Shown one piece after another: positions 46,423 through 57,039 of a stretch of 64,000 bases of DNA. Where the stretch lies: NCBI GenBank assembly GCA_043820105.1, contig JBDREC010000028.1, positions 1 to 64,000 on the forward strand, read 5' to 3'. The stretch is from Pseudomonadota bacterium (GTDB lineage Bacteria > Bdellovibrionota_F > JAHFAK01 > JBDREC01). The position numbers were made by a program, and so were the translations under genes. The number at the start of each line of letters is the position of its first letter. Positions within the stretch are counted from its first letter, which is position 1. The notes beneath the pieces are model-generated. The model was not told where the DNA came from and did not search any database. It worked only from the letters and a program-made list of their open reading frames with translations.

Positions 46423-47919
46423 CTAAACGAGTTTTAACTTTTTAAAACCAATCCAGCACATTTTAAGCAGTAACAAACCATGCTTGAAGCGTTCAATTTT
46501 GATATTTCCATAGGTCCTGCTTTGATAGCGAATTGGAATTTCAACAATTTTAAGATTGAGTTTTGCAGCTCCCAATAATAGTTCAAAATCACCAAAGGGA
46601 TCAAAGTCTCCAAAATAGGCCCTGTTTTCCTTGATTTTAAGATAATTTTTCTTAGTCAGCACCTTGGTTCCACAAAGGGTATCCTTGATGGACTGCTCCA
46701 AAATCCAGGTAAACATCATGCTGAAAAATTTATTTCCAAGGATATTGAAAAGCCGCATGGCTTCTTTTTCCATTTGATAAACCAGCCGCGTTCCATTGAT
46801 AAACTCGCCATGCGATTCAACAATGGCTGTGAAGAATTTGGGCAAATCCTCAGGTGGAACCGTTAAATCAGCATCCAGAATCATCAAAACATCGCCTGTT
46901 GCAGCATCAAAGCCTTTTCTGGTTGCATCAGCTTTTCCAAGACTCAGCATTTTGTCAGGATCCCTGTTTAGCTCTGCTAGAACGTCTTCCTTCTTCGCGT
47001 GCCTGCCCTTTCTGGGCACCTGATGAATCAACCTGATATCTTTTGTTTGGCTAAACTTCTCAATCATTTCTTCAATTTTTTCAACAGTACCATCTGTAGA
47101 AGCACCATCTACAAAAATTATCTCAGTATGCTTCCCCATTTTGGGAATACGGTTTACAGCATCCTCAATATTTCCCATTTCATTTCTACAAGGCACAACC
47201 ACGGAACAGGAATACTTATTCTCTGCATTCTTTTGAGTTTTATTGGCTGTTTCTTTAACAACCACATACTGAATAAGACATAATCTCCTGATAAAAGGTA
47301 TTTTGGCTATAATATTATTAACAAAATATGAAAGAAAGGGAATTTTCTTTGGCAGTAAAAGCCTGTATCCTTTCTTGATTGATTCATAACCATTAAGTAC
47401 CAGTAAATTTTCAATATCCGTCAGCGACAGCCAGTTCTGATCTTCCTGCTTTGATTTCAGGTTTAACTTTTCTGCAAGTTTTATCAAAGGTTCCCAGAGA
47501 TAATTATAATAAACAACAATTAATCTTGAATCAACCCTGGTCACTTTGTTTAGATTTCTAAAAGCTGTGCCAATATCTGATAAATCTCCGATCAGATTTG
47601 ATAAAATGACATAATCATATTTCTTCCCATGTTTCAGGTTTTCAATATCATCAAGTTCAAAGTTCAGATCAGGATATTTTTCCCTGGCTCTTTTTATCAT
47701 TTCTGGCGAAAAATCAATGCCTGTGCCTTCAGAGGGCCTAGTGCTGTTTAACAGATCCCCTGTTCCTGAACCTACTTCCAAAACTTTTTTAGAAACTGGA
47801 ACCATGCTTTTTACCAATACTTCAATTTCATTATTGTAATATGAATTTTTTACAAGCCACAAGTCCCTTTCCATAACCTGAGCATCCCAGAATTTTATTT
47901 TTTCCTGCTTACTGAGCAT
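46423..47919 (-). CDS. Fused SAM-dependent methyltransferase / GT2 (polyprenol-phosphate glycosyltransferase-like)
   Basis: VLEVGSGTG N-terminal; SVVVPCRNE, VDGASTDGT, ILDADL, DTLCGTK, FGDFELL C-terminal. Confidence 0.88.
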   Translation of the reverse strand: MLSKQEKIKFWDAQVMERDLWLVKNSYYNNEIEVLVKSMVPVSKKVLEVGSGTGDLLNSTRPSEGTGIDFSPEMIKRAREKYPDLNFELDDIENLKHGKKYDYVILSNLIGDLSDIGTAFRNLNKVTRVDSRLIVVYYNYLWEPLIKLAEKLNLKSKQEDQNWLSLTDIENLLVLNGYESIKKGYRLLLPKKIPFLSYFVNNIIAKIPFIRRLCLIQYVVVKETANKTQKNAENKYSCSVVVPCRNEMGNIEDAVNRIPKMGKHTEIIFVDGASTDGTVEKIEEMIEKFSQTKDIRLIHQVPRKGRHAKKEDVLAELNRDPDKMLSLGKADATRKGFDAATGDVLMILDADLTVPPEDLPKFFTAIVESHGEFINGTRLVYQMEKEAMRLFNILGNKFFSMMFTWILEQSIKDTLCGTKVLTKKNYLKIKENRAYFGDFDPFGDFELLLGAAKLNLKIVEIPIRYQSRTYGNIKIERFKHGLLLLKMCWIGFKKLKLV

Positions 47920-48571
47920 AATCAACACCTTTCTTTGAACACCTGAGAGAAACATAAAGAGCATAATCAAGAGGAACATTTTTAGGGAATATTATCTTAT
48001 CCTCTATCATAAATTTCTTTTTACATGCTGCAATTATGTCTGTATGACTGGATGGATGAATTTCATCAGGGTCGTAATTCATTAATTTATAAAACAAGTT
48101 GGTGATTTTATTTTTCACAGGAAAGGAAATAAAAAGTCTGCCCTCAGGTGACAGCACTCTTCCAAGCTCATCAAAGGCTTTATCAAGATTTTCAATATGT
48201 TCAAGCAGTGAAACACTGACAATACAATCAAAAAACAGTTTATCAAATTTCAAGTCCAGCACATTTCCAATAGTAAGATTAACATCAATTTTTTCTTTCA
48301 TGGTCATCTGATAGACATAATCAAGATTCTTATGTGTATCTATTCCAAACAGTATATTTGAACGTATTGCCAGTTCAGGAAACAAAAGTCCTGAGCCATA
48401 ACCAATTTCCACCAGCCGCTTCCAGCGTTTAGAACCCATAAGTTTCAGAGTGTTTATTAAACGTTTTTTATAGACATAGCCAATAAATGGCCAGTAATAG
48501 TAATCAATCGGATCTTCTGTATTTGTTTTTTTAATATTTTTTCGGTCAGGTAAAAGTATGTCCTCAAACAT
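47909..48571 (-). CDS. Class I SAM-dependent methyltransferase
   Basis: VEIGYGSG, FD....S.LEHI, RVLSPEG. Confidence 0.85.
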   Translation of the reverse strand: MFEDILLPDRKNIKKTNTEDPIDYYYWPFIGYVYKKRLINTLKLMGSKRWKRLVEIGYGSGLLFPELAIRSNILFGIDTHKNLDYVYQMTMKEKIDVNLTIGNVLDLKFDKLFFDCIVSVSLLEHIENLDKAFDELGRVLSPEGRLFISFPVKNKITNLFYKLMNYDPDEIHPSSHTDIIAACKKKFMIEDKIIFPKNVPLDYALYVSLRCSKKGVDYAQ

Positions 48572-48573
48572 TT

Positions 48574-49302
48574 TTATTCCTTCCTGGCACTTATAAATAA
48601 TGAACCTGCTATCTCTTTTATTAAAGGAAGTTTTTCAAGATACATCCCGAGGGTATTAATTGGCTTGATAAAAGGGGTTGGAAGTGCCGGGTGTAAAAAA
48701 TCAAATGGAATTATTTTGATATCAATAAAGCCTGCTTGCTTAAACTGCCTCTTTAGTTTCCACTTAAAAAACGCGGTTTCATCAGGAGAATCTCCTAATC
48801 TTTTCCCGATAAATGATATGTTTTTCTGCAGGGCGATTTGAGGATTAAACATATTTGGTTCTGTAAAAGCTATTTTTCCCGCTTTTCTTAAAACCCGGAA
48901 TATTTCACTCAAACACTTTTTAATTTCCATGTGATGTAAAACTGAACTTCCATAGACATAATCAAAAGATGCTTCTTTAAAGGACATGGCGTAGGCGTTC
49001 TCAATTAAGAATTTCACAGCCTGTTCATCAACATGGGCCTTTGCTTTATTTATAAGTTCTGGAGATATATCAATAGCCGTATAATCCTTGATCCCTGCAG
49101 ATATTTCTTTGGTAAACAAGCCTGTTCCACAGCCTATTTCCAGGACCTTCGTATTCTTTTGAATATTATTGGACAGCATGTTTACACGTCTTTTAAAACG
49201 TACTTTGCCAGCAGCCCCGTCCCAGTTCCAAATTGCTTCAGCATTTTGGGCTATTTTCTTTCCATGTGCTATTTCATGATTTATACGATTGTCCATTTTC
49301 AT
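48574..49302 (-). CDS. Class I SAM-dependent methyltransferase
   Basis: VLEIGCGTG, DIS, SFD, VLHH, RVL. Confidence 0.88.
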   Translation of the reverse strand: MKMDNRINHEIAHGKKIAQNAEAIWNWDGAAGKVRFKRRVNMLSNNIQKNTKVLEIGCGTGLFTKEISAGIKDYTAIDISPELINKAKAHVDEQAVKFLIENAYAMSFKEASFDYVYGSSVLHHMEIKKCLSEIFRVLRKAGKIAFTEPNMFNPQIALQKNISFIGKRLGDSPDETAFFKWKLKRQFKQAGFIDIKIIPFDFLHPALPTPFIKPINTLGMYLEKLPLIKEIAGSLFISARKE

Positions 49303-50144
49303 TAAACTTTCCTTAGTACTTTCAGAAAAATGTTTTTTGTTTTCTCGATTTTAGATTCTCCAAACACTTTCACAAGAAGTTTATAATTTGTAATTCCAAG
49401 CAAATAAACTATTTTCGAAACAAACAATCTTAATCTGATTTTAAAAGAAGCTTTTTTACGATATTTTTTGGAAACAAGCTCCCATTCCTTCCAGAACTTA
49501 TCAAAAAAGCCGCCTGTCACTGACTTTGATTCTGCATGGAACCTGTAATTTGCAAATACTTCCTTGTAATGAAAAAATCTATATTTTTGAGCTATTCTTA
49601 AAAAAAATTCATAATCAAGAGCATAAGTAAGTTTTTCATCCAGGTAGCCAAATTCATGTATAATATGTCTGCAAAAAAAGACTGACGGCTGGGACGGCAC
49701 AGAGTGCGAAACCCAATAATGTAAAAGATCATAAAAGCCCAGTTCCCTGTTGTCAAAGACCCTCATGAATTTACCTTTTTCATCTACTAAATTGCAATCA
49801 CCCATTGCAACATGTCTGTCTTTTTCGCAGTCTATTAATTTAGCAATCTTTGTAAAAGTACCAGGCTCATAGTAATCATCTGAATTCAGCCAGGCGATAA
49901 TATCACCTGAGGCCATTTTAAAACCTTTGTTTATGGCTTCTGCCTGACCAGTGTCTTTTTCAGATATCCAATTTAAATGATCATACTTTTTTAATATTTC
50001 TATTGTTTCATCTTTTGAATCACCATCTATTATGATATGTTCAAAGTTTTGATAATTTTGATTCAGAACTGATTTTATATTTTCCTTAAGATACTTCCCC
50101 TGATTAAATGAGGCTGTAATAACAGATATTTTTTTTGTATTCAC
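49302..50144 (-). CDS. Glycosyltransferase family 2
   Basis: ISVIT.SFNQ, IIDGDSKD, AINKG, WLNSDD. Confidence 0.9.
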   Translation of the reverse strand: MNTKKISVITASFNQGKYLKENIKSVLNQNYQNFEHIIIDGDSKDETIEILKKYDHLNWISEKDTGQAEAINKGFKMASGDIIAWLNSDDYYEPGTFTKIAKLIDCEKDRHVAMGDCNLVDEKGKFMRVFDNRELGFYDLLHYWVSHSVPSQPSVFFCRHIIHEFGYLDEKLTYALDYEFFLRIAQKYRFFHYKEVFANYRFHAESKSVTGGFFDKFWKEWELVSKKYRKKASFKIRLRLFVSKIVYLLGITNYKLLVKVFGESKIEKTKNIFLKVLRKV

Positions 50145-50176
50145 CTGGTTTTACCATCTAATTTTCATGAAACAAC

Positions 50177-51085
50177 TTAAATCACGTAATCCGTAACCAT
50201 TTCCCAATCATCTCCATTCCAATTAATCAATTTCACTGGATATAAAATATGCAGCCTCAAGAATAAAGACACCAGGTTGTTCGGCAATTTATAAAGATTT
50301 CTGTTACCAAAAATGTTCCATAAGGTTTTTCGAACATGTCTTTCAACTGCTCTATATGGTCTGCCTTTATAATTATTCAATATTTCCAAAGCTTCTATAT
50401 TATATTCTTCTAATAAATTTGAGGTTTTTTGACCAGTGTGTTTTCTGAAACAAGCCAAAGGTAAGTTTATGCTGTATAATTCTGAATAGTTAAAATATCT
50501 AGCCCATAGTTCATAGTCACTGGCCAGGCTATATGTTTCTTCAACGAAAGCCCCAGCTTTTTCCCACAGAGATCTTCTCCAGAAAGTGGATTCTTGTTGT
50601 ATACATGGCCTTGAATGGGCTCTCATTCTCGATAAATTCGCACCCCTTAAAAAGGTTTCACTACTTGCTCCACCTATAAAATAATTTTTAACTACATTTC
50701 CGGAAGAATTCATAATAAATCCCGTTGAAGCAGAAATCCAATTAACCTGAGGATATTTTGAAAATATTAAAGAAACTGTCTCAAAGGTCCAGGGTAAGTA
50801 TTTATCATCTGCATTCAGCCATCCCATTATATCTCCATCGGTCTTAGCGAAGCCTTTGTTTATTGCATTATACTGCCCTTTATCCTTTTCTGAAATCCAA
50901 TATTTTATAATAGATTCATTTTTTTTTATTACATCAATACTATTATCCTTTGAGCCTCCATCAATAATTACATGTTCATAATCCTGATAATTTTGATTTA
51001 TGATTGATGAAATGCAATCTCCAAGATACTTTCCCTGATTATAGGAAGGAGTAACAATTGATATTTTTAATCTGTTTTTTTTCAT
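50177..51085 (-). CDS. Glycosyltransferase family 2
   Basis: ISIVTPSYNQG, IIDGGS.D, WLNADD, DYELW. Confidence 0.9.
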   Translation of the reverse strand: MKKNRLKISIVTPSYNQGKYLGDCISSIINQNYQDYEHVIIDGGSKDNSIDVIKKNESIIKYWISEKDKGQYNAINKGFAKTDGDIMGWLNADDKYLPWTFETVSLIFSKYPQVNWISASTGFIMNSSGNVVKNYFIGGASSETFLRGANLSRMRAHSRPCIQQESTFWRRSLWEKAGAFVEETYSLASDYELWARYFNYSELYSINLPLACFRKHTGQKTSNLLEEYNIEALEILNNYKGRPYRAVERHVRKTLWNIFGNRNLYKLPNNLVSLFLRLHILYPVKLINWNGDDWEMVTDYVI

Positions 51086-52428
51086 TTATTTTCAAGAATC
51101 TCCCTATACCATTCTAAAAAAGAAGATATCTGAATATTAATATCATATTTTTTTTTCACTATCTGCATTCCTGCTTGTATAAAACGCTTTCTTAAATTAT
51201 TGTTATTCAATAATTGCATGGTTCTTTCAGCCATACTAATGTAATCAGATGGTTGAATTAAAAAACCGTTTATAGAATCTTGTATCTGCTCTGGAATTGC
51301 AGCCACAGAACTCGCTATAACAGCTGTACCACAAGCCATTGCTTCTGTAATTGTCTTTCCGAAAGATTCTACTTTTGAAGCATGCAGATAAATATCAGCT
51401 GCTTGATAATACATCGCTACTTTTCGGGGATCTAACTCAAAAGGATAATTCTTTATAACGGACTGGATATTTAAGTTTATTAATCCTTTATCTCCTAAAC
51501 AGATAAATAACATGTTTTCAATTTTGCTAGCATTTGTCAGATATTCAATGGTCTTTTTGATTGTATTATAATCTTTCCAAATATTCCCTTTTCCCCCATT
51601 AGCAACAAATAGAATAATCTTCTTATCAAGTGGCAAATTTAATTTCTGCCGAGCAATAATTTTGTTCTCAGGTTTAAATATTTCAAGATCAATTCCATTT
51701 GGTATAATCCTATAATCAACACCGACCAACATTGATCTTTTAACACTGTCCATCATCCATTCAGAAGGTGTTGTAATATACAACCTGCTCTGTGCATAAA
51801 TTTCCTTTTTCCGTCTCCAGTTAAAAGCGGTACCGTCTTTTTTGATAGCAGGATATATTGAAAGATCCGGGCAGCTTCCACAACCATCCACCCATTTTTC
51901 GCAGTCAAACGAATGAGCACAATGGCCAGTAAGAAGCCAGGCGTCTCTGATATTTAAAATTATAGGTAGTCTTTTACTCAGGCTACTCAAGGCCCTTAAA
52001 TCAAAATAATCCGTGTGTAAGTTATGACAATGCAGAATATCAGGAAAAATTGGAGTTAGATTTAAAATATGCTGAGAACCAGGGTAATTATAGTCCTCAT
52101 AACCTTTTAAGCTATCAAGATAGCTCCTGGGTTCACCAGCGTAATGAAATAATTTTTCCAGCCTTTTAAAATGATGTAATTTAAAGGTGAGTTTATTTGT
52201 AAGCATCTTGGGTTTAGATAATGTTTTCCTTAAAAATGATCCATATTGATCATTTGGTATTAAAAAGACATCTTTATCACATGTTCTTTTTGACCCGACA
52301 GCCAGCCAGCTGTTGTGCCCATGTTTTTTAAACCCATTATAAAGGTTCCAGGCGGATCCTTCTGCACCACCGCCGATATCAAAAGTACTTAGCTGTAAAA
52401 TATTCAATTTCTTTTTATCTTTTTTCAC
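51082..52428 (-). CDS. Glycosyltransferase family 4 (WcaC-like)
   Basis: GGGAE, HNLH, TGHC.H...C..W..GC..CP, IPNGID, ESFG....EAMACG. Confidence 0.9.
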   Translation of the reverse strand: MKKDKKKLNILQLSTFDIGGGAEGSAWNLYNGFKKHGHNSWLAVGSKRTCDKDVFLIPNDQYGSFLRKTLSKPKMLTNKLTFKLHHFKRLEKLFHYAGEPRSYLDSLKGYEDYNYPGSQHILNLTPIFPDILHCHNLHTDYFDLRALSSLSKRLPIILNIRDAWLLTGHCAHSFDCEKWVDGCGSCPDLSIYPAIKKDGTAFNWRRKKEIYAQSRLYITTPSEWMMDSVKRSMLVGVDYRIIPNGIDLEIFKPENKIIARQKLNLPLDKKIILFVANGGKGNIWKDYNTIKKTIEYLTNASKIENMLFICLGDKGLINLNIQSVIKNYPFELDPRKVAMYYQAADIYLHASKVESFGKTITEAMACGTAVIASSVAAIPEQIQDSINGFLIQPSDYISMAERTMQLLNNNNLRKRFIQAGMQIVKKKYDINIQISSFLEWYREILENK

Positions 52429-53416
52429 TAAAAACCTTATCGACTATGTTTTTAAACACATCAACATCCCAATTTCTTATAAGATAACGAGGAAGCCAAT
52501 AAAGATCTGATCTTTTGCTCACCATACCCTCTACATTTGCTAATCCTGCATTATAACCAACATCCCTGGTTATTTTTTTAGTTTTTTTACTAACATCATT
52601 TGCGCTTCCGTAAGGATATGCAAAATTAGTTATCTTTTTATTTAATCTTTTTTCCAGCCATACCTTATTTTCATTAATCTCTTTTATTTGAATATCAGAG
52701 CTTTGTGAAGCCAACACTACATGACTGTTAGTATGCCCACCAATATCAATCAGAGGTGAGGCAGATAACTTGATTAGCTCATGCATATTTAAAAATCTGT
52801 AGTCCTCCAAATTCTCGTGCTTAACATTCAATTTTTCTGCAAGTGAATCTAAAATCATTTCTCTTTGAAAACTATCTTTTGACCTTAAGAGATAATGTAA
52901 TTTAAAATAGCATTCATATCTTTGAGATGGGAAATCAGGTCTTGTAACATTCCAGGTGTCATCAATCTGATCGTTTTCGAAATTCCAAAAATATTTTTTC
53001 CCATCAACTTCAAAATCAAGAGAACCAGGAAGCTTTTTGGGTTCAAGGAGAATCGCTTGTAAACGCGATGAAGTTGTTCCCTTTTTTGATCCTATATAAT
53101 TACTGGCAATAAACACAGTGGCGGGAATATTATGTTTTTCTAAAAGAACTTTTCCATTATAGAGATTATTTGCATATCCATCATCAAAAGTAATTGCAAC
53201 TGATTTATCTGGAACATTTCCGTGTTCAATCGATTTTACCAAATCATCCAATGAAATCGGGTTTAAGTTATTTTTAAGAAACATTAAATGTGCTTCAAAA
53301 TTTCTTCTGCTAACATTTAAAAGTTGAGGATCCGGTTTTTTATCAGAAATAGAATGATAAAGTAAAATTATACCCTTATTTATTTTATTTGATTTAAGAC
53401 AATTGAATATTTTCAT
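52415..53416 (-). CDS. Polysaccharide deacetylase (NodB domain)
   Basis: LLYH, TFDDGY, GGHT.SH, FAYPYG; ATG at 53416 overlaps upstream TGA. Confidence 0.88.
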   Translation of the reverse strand: MKIFNCLKSNKINKGIILLYHSISDKKPDPQLLNVSRRNFEAHLMFLKNNLNPISLDDLVKSIEHGNVPDKSVAITFDDGYANNLYNGKVLLEKHNIPATVFIASNYIGSKKGTTSSRLQAILLEPKKLPGSLDFEVDGKKYFWNFENDQIDDTWNVTRPDFPSQRYECYFKLHYLLRSKDSFQREMILDSLAEKLNVKHENLEDYRFLNMHELIKLSASPLIDIGGHTNSHVVLASQSSDIQIKEINENKVWLEKRLNKKITNFAYPYGSANDVSKKTKKITRDVGYNAGLANVEGMVSKRSDLYWLPRYLIRNWDVDVFKNIVDKVFSEKR

Positions 53417-54129
53417 TTTTGAGCATATCCGCATATAGCCACTTCATAATTTTTATCATAGTGATTAAGGTCTTCTTCTTTCAATTCATCGCTGGACAAA
53501 CCGTGTAGTAATGAGATAGCAGACAATACGTTTCCAAATGAAGTCACCTGAACATTTTCCTTTTTAAAAGCTTCCAAAAGAAGCTTTTCCAAGGAAAGAC
53601 TGGTAAGTCTCCAGTATTCTCCCCAGCGATCCATATCGTAACGGCTAAGCTGACTTATTCCCGAGGCGGTAATTAACAAAACACCGCCAGGTTTTAACAT
53701 CCTATACATATTATTGATCGCCCTATGAATATCATAAATAAATTGAATTGTCTGAGTACAAATAATACAATCATATTTATCGGACTTAAGGTTCTCACCT
53801 TTTGACAAATCTGCTATAATTGTTGCATCTTTATTTTGTGGATCAATGTGTAATATATCTGAAGTTGTTATAAATTCATTCTTATATTTCCTAGTATACC
53901 GATTATCACCAATCTCCAAAACAGCACCCATTATATAAATTCTGTGCTCTTTGATATAAGAATCAATATAGTGTCTTATAACGGATTTATCACCCCGGTC
54001 TAATCCGAAATTGGAACCTATTGGTGTTTTTTGATTTAACGTTCCAAAATTTACAGCTTTTTTAGAAATAACATTTATTTTAGTTTTTATTTTTCCCCGT
54101 ATTTTATTTATTAATTTATTTATAATCAT
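53413..54129 (-). CDS. SAM-dependent methyltransferase
   Basis: G.DRG, VLEIGD, YDCIICTQT, LKPGG, YWR.T. Confidence 0.8.
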   Translation of the reverse strand: MIINKLINKIRGKIKTKINVISKKAVNFGTLNQKTPIGSNFGLDRGDKSVIRHYIDSYIKEHRIYIMGAVLEIGDNRYTRKYKNEFITTSDILHIDPQNKDATIIADLSKGENLKSDKYDCIICTQTIQFIYDIHRAINNMYRMLKPGGVLLITASGISQLSRYDMDRWGEYWRLTSLSLEKLLLEAFKKENVQVTSFGNVLSAISLLHGLSSDELKEEDLNHYDKNYEVAICGYAQK

Positions 54130-55019
54130 ATATTATTTTTGATAATATCTTCTAATTTTATTCTTTTAAACACATCTAAACATCCACCTGCAGTTGCATT
54201 ATAAATACTACATCTTTTTGCAGATAAATATTCAGCGATCAATCTATACTGTTTCCATCTTAAATAAAGTGTGTAAAATAAATACTCGGTATTAAATTTC
54301 CGCCAATCATTATGGTCACTGATTCCATCTTTTAAATCATAAAAATGGCTTGTCTCTTGCTTAGAATAATCTTCCAAATAATTATGATCACACCCTAAAA
54401 GATAGATTTCAGAAAAACCCATGTAAGCTGCTATATTAATGGCACTATAAACAACTGTCCTGGCCCCAAAAAGTGGTTTGCAAATATCCCATAAATTAGG
54501 ATTATCATAATTTCTTTCATCAATTTGAATGCTTTGTGAATAATCAAGATAGCAATAATTATCCTTTTGCAAATCTTTTCTGATCTTCAAATAATCTAAA
54601 ATTGAATATTTGTAGGGTTTATATCCAAAAAAACAGGTTGTCTTATCAGTATAATTTTTTTTAATACCTGCAAAAATTTTATCAAATGCCTCAAAATCAA
54701 ATGGATGGTGATTCGGAGCTTCAACGTGATAAGCAGGATTTATGTATTTAATATCTTTATGCAAGAAAAAATAACTCACACTAATACAAATCTCATCCTG
54801 AAGAATTTTTAAATCCTGTTTATTAATTGAAGGACCTGTTGCCAAAATAAAACAGCGTTTACCTTTATGAATATTTTTGAATTTTTTATTTAGATTAAAA
54901 AGTTTTTTCACTTCATTAGGCATAAAAAACCTTGAAGATATCTCTGATTTTGTTTGTTTTAATAAAGAGTACACATTGGGTGGTATCGTCCAATTGGCAA
55001 TTTTTTTGGCTGTTTTCAT
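54126..55019 (-). CDS. MptE-like/DUF115 (Maf or sialyltransferase-like) protein
   Basis: KRCFILATGPSI, A.YMGFSEIYLLGCDH, HFY, YNAT.GG.LDVF. Confidence 0.75.
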   Translation of the reverse strand: MKTAKKIANWTIPPNVYSLLKQTKSEISSRFFMPNEVKKLFNLNKKFKNIHKGKRCFILATGPSINKQDLKILQDEICISVSYFFLHKDIKYINPAYHVEAPNHHPFDFEAFDKIFAGIKKNYTDKTTCFFGYKPYKYSILDYLKIRKDLQKDNYCYLDYSQSIQIDERNYDNPNLWDICKPLFGARTVVYSAINIAAYMGFSEIYLLGCDHNYLEDYSKQETSHFYDLKDGISDHNDWRKFNTEYLFYTLYLRWKQYRLIAEYLSAKRCSIYNATAGGCLDVFKRIKLEDIIKNNI

Positions 55020-55179
55020 TCAAACCCTATCTTTTTTATTATTTTCTTTTAAATAATCTATTAAATACAGCAATATTTTTTTATATCTATTATCTCAATA
55101 AATATCTAGTATCCTGATAAATTCATATTATAAAAATATTGCTTAGTACTATTTTCCGATTTATTTAAAATGAAAAAAT

Positions 55180-56079
55180 TTATCTAATTTTCAATATACC
55201 TTTTGATAAATAATTTTTTACTGTTTTTAATCTTTTTCTAATACCATCAATTCTCCACAAACAGAATCGATGTATTTTATACCATATTTCAAGCAATTTA
55301 GTTTTGGGGGATATTTTAATCCACGTCTTCTTATTCCTGCTCTCATTTTGCTCAGGATGAATACCTAGCAATTCTAAATAACCCTGAATAAATTGATCCT
55401 CGTCAAAATCACAATATTTCCAACGTCCCTTACATAAATCTCTAGTAATAATTTCCCCGGCGAAATAAGCATTCTTTCTGTTTATTTTCTTTTTAAATTT
55501 CAAATATACTTTCCAAAAAATATCCACATCTTCGCCTGCTCCCCAATTTGAAGTATATTCACCAAATCCGCCTACGTCCTTTATTATTTTTTTCTTTAAG
55601 CCAAAATTCGACCCCTGCACCCATGGATCACTAAATATTCTGTATATGTTGTTTGCCTCTTGAATTCTACCAACTACAAATTCATAATCTTGAAAATATT
55701 TTTTATATAAAGTTAAAGAATCATTTCTCTTAAAAGCATGATCATCATCTAAAAATATAATATCTTCAGAGCTCACTAAATTAAGAGCTTGATTCCATAG
55801 CATGGCTTTTTTATATTTTTTGGAAAAAGGAGTTACTAAATAATAATCAATATCCAAATCTTTTAGAAGGGTTTCATTTTCAATCGAATTTCGTGTGTAA
55901 ATCGTTAATTCATCTCCTGACTTATTTAAGGTTTTTGACCAAAACGACCCATCATCTGAAACAGCAATATCAACAGTTTCAGGGTAATCTTGATTTCTGA
56001 TTGACTCAATCGTTTTTTTAAGTACATCTCTGTATTTAATATCAGGGGCGTAATGTGCTATAATAATGCTGATTGTCAT
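55180..56079 (-). CDS. Glycosyltransferase family 2
   Basis: ISIII, VSDDGS, IFLDDD, GSN, GGF....WG.GEDVD. Confidence 0.8.
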   Translation of the reverse strand: MTISIIIAHYAPDIKYRDVLKKTIESIRNQDYPETVDIAVSDDGSFWSKTLNKSGDELTIYTRNSIENETLLKDLDIDYYLVTPFSKKYKKAMLWNQALNLVSSEDIIFLDDDHAFKRNDSLTLYKKYFQDYEFVVGRIQEANNIYRIFSDPWVQGSNFGLKKKIIKDVGGFGEYTSNWGAGEDVDIFWKVYLKFKKKINRKNAYFAGEIITRDLCKGRWKYCDFDEDQFIQGYLELLGIHPEQNESRNKKTWIKISPKTKLLEIWYKIHRFCLWRIDGIRKRLKTVKNYLSKGILKIR

Positions 56080-56176
56080 ATTAATAACCTTAATTTATTG
56101 ATTAATATCTGAAATTTAATAAGCTATTTTATGCCTTTGAATGCAAGAAAGCGGTTTTTTTCAATAATAAGCTAAC

Positions 56177-57028
56177 TCAGAAGATCCTCAGTTTTTTCAT
56201 AACAGCTTTTTCAGAATCATACACTCTCTTAATACCATCTCCCAAATAACTTTTAACTGAATTTACTTGCTTGAATAATTTGTCCATTCCCTGTGGCTCA
56301 ATGCTGCTGGATTGATCGGTACCCCACATAGTATGGTCAATGGTAATATGCCTTTCAATAACCATGGCTCCCAGGGAAACAGCGATAGTTGTAGAATCAA
56401 GTCCATATTCATGGCCACTATATCCTACAACACATTTGTATCTTTCAATCATTTTTGGAATTACTAAAAGATTTAACTCATCATTCCTGGCTGGATATGA
56501 AGCATTACAGTGCATTAATACATACTGATTAGCATGTTTTTCCAAAAGTTCAACCGCGGCATCAATCTCATCCAGAGTCGACATTCCTGTTGATAAAATT
56601 AGTGGAATTTTTGTTTTTGCTGCTTCCGTAATTAACTCAATATTAGTTAAATGTGCAGAAGGTATTTTTAAAAAAGGGAGTTCATATTCCATAGCAAAGT
56701 TTAAACTATCCATATCCCAAACAGAAAATGACCAATTAATAGGCTTTTCTCTGCAATATCTGTCAATATAATCATATTCTTCTTTTTTAAATTCCAGTTT
56801 TTTCTTATATGCAAGATAAGTCATTTCTCCCCAGGGCGTCTGCTTTAAAATGTTTTTTTGATCTTCTGGAACAGAAATATCCGGGTTCTTTTTTTGAAAT
56901 TTGACACAATCCCATGAACAGGCAAAGCTTGCATCTATTAATTTTTTGACGATCTGCAGGTTTCCATTATGGTTAATTCCTATTTCAGCAATTAAAAATG
57001 GTTTTGTATATTTTTTAAAATCAAGCAT
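56177..57028 (-). CDS. neuB: N-acetylneuraminate-synthase (NeuB) family protein, no C-terminal SAF domain
   Basis: IAEIGINHNG, VKFQK, KIPS, LSTGM, HC..SYP, GYSGH, IERHIT; ATG at 57028 after AAGGAG. Confidence 0.85.
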   Translation of the reverse strand: MLDFKKYTKPFLIAEIGINHNGNLQIVKKLIDASFACSWDCVKFQKKNPDISVPEDQKNILKQTPWGEMTYLAYKKKLEFKKEEYDYIDRYCREKPINWSFSVWDMDSLNFAMEYELPFLKIPSAHLTNIELITEAAKTKIPLILSTGMSTLDEIDAAVELLEKHANQYVLMHCNASYPARNDELNLLVIPKMIERYKCVVGYSGHEYGLDSTTIAVSLGAMVIERHITIDHTMWGTDQSSSIEPQGMDKLFKQVNSVKSYLGDGIKRVYDSEKAVMKKLRIF

Positions 57029-57039
57029 AAATTTCTCCT

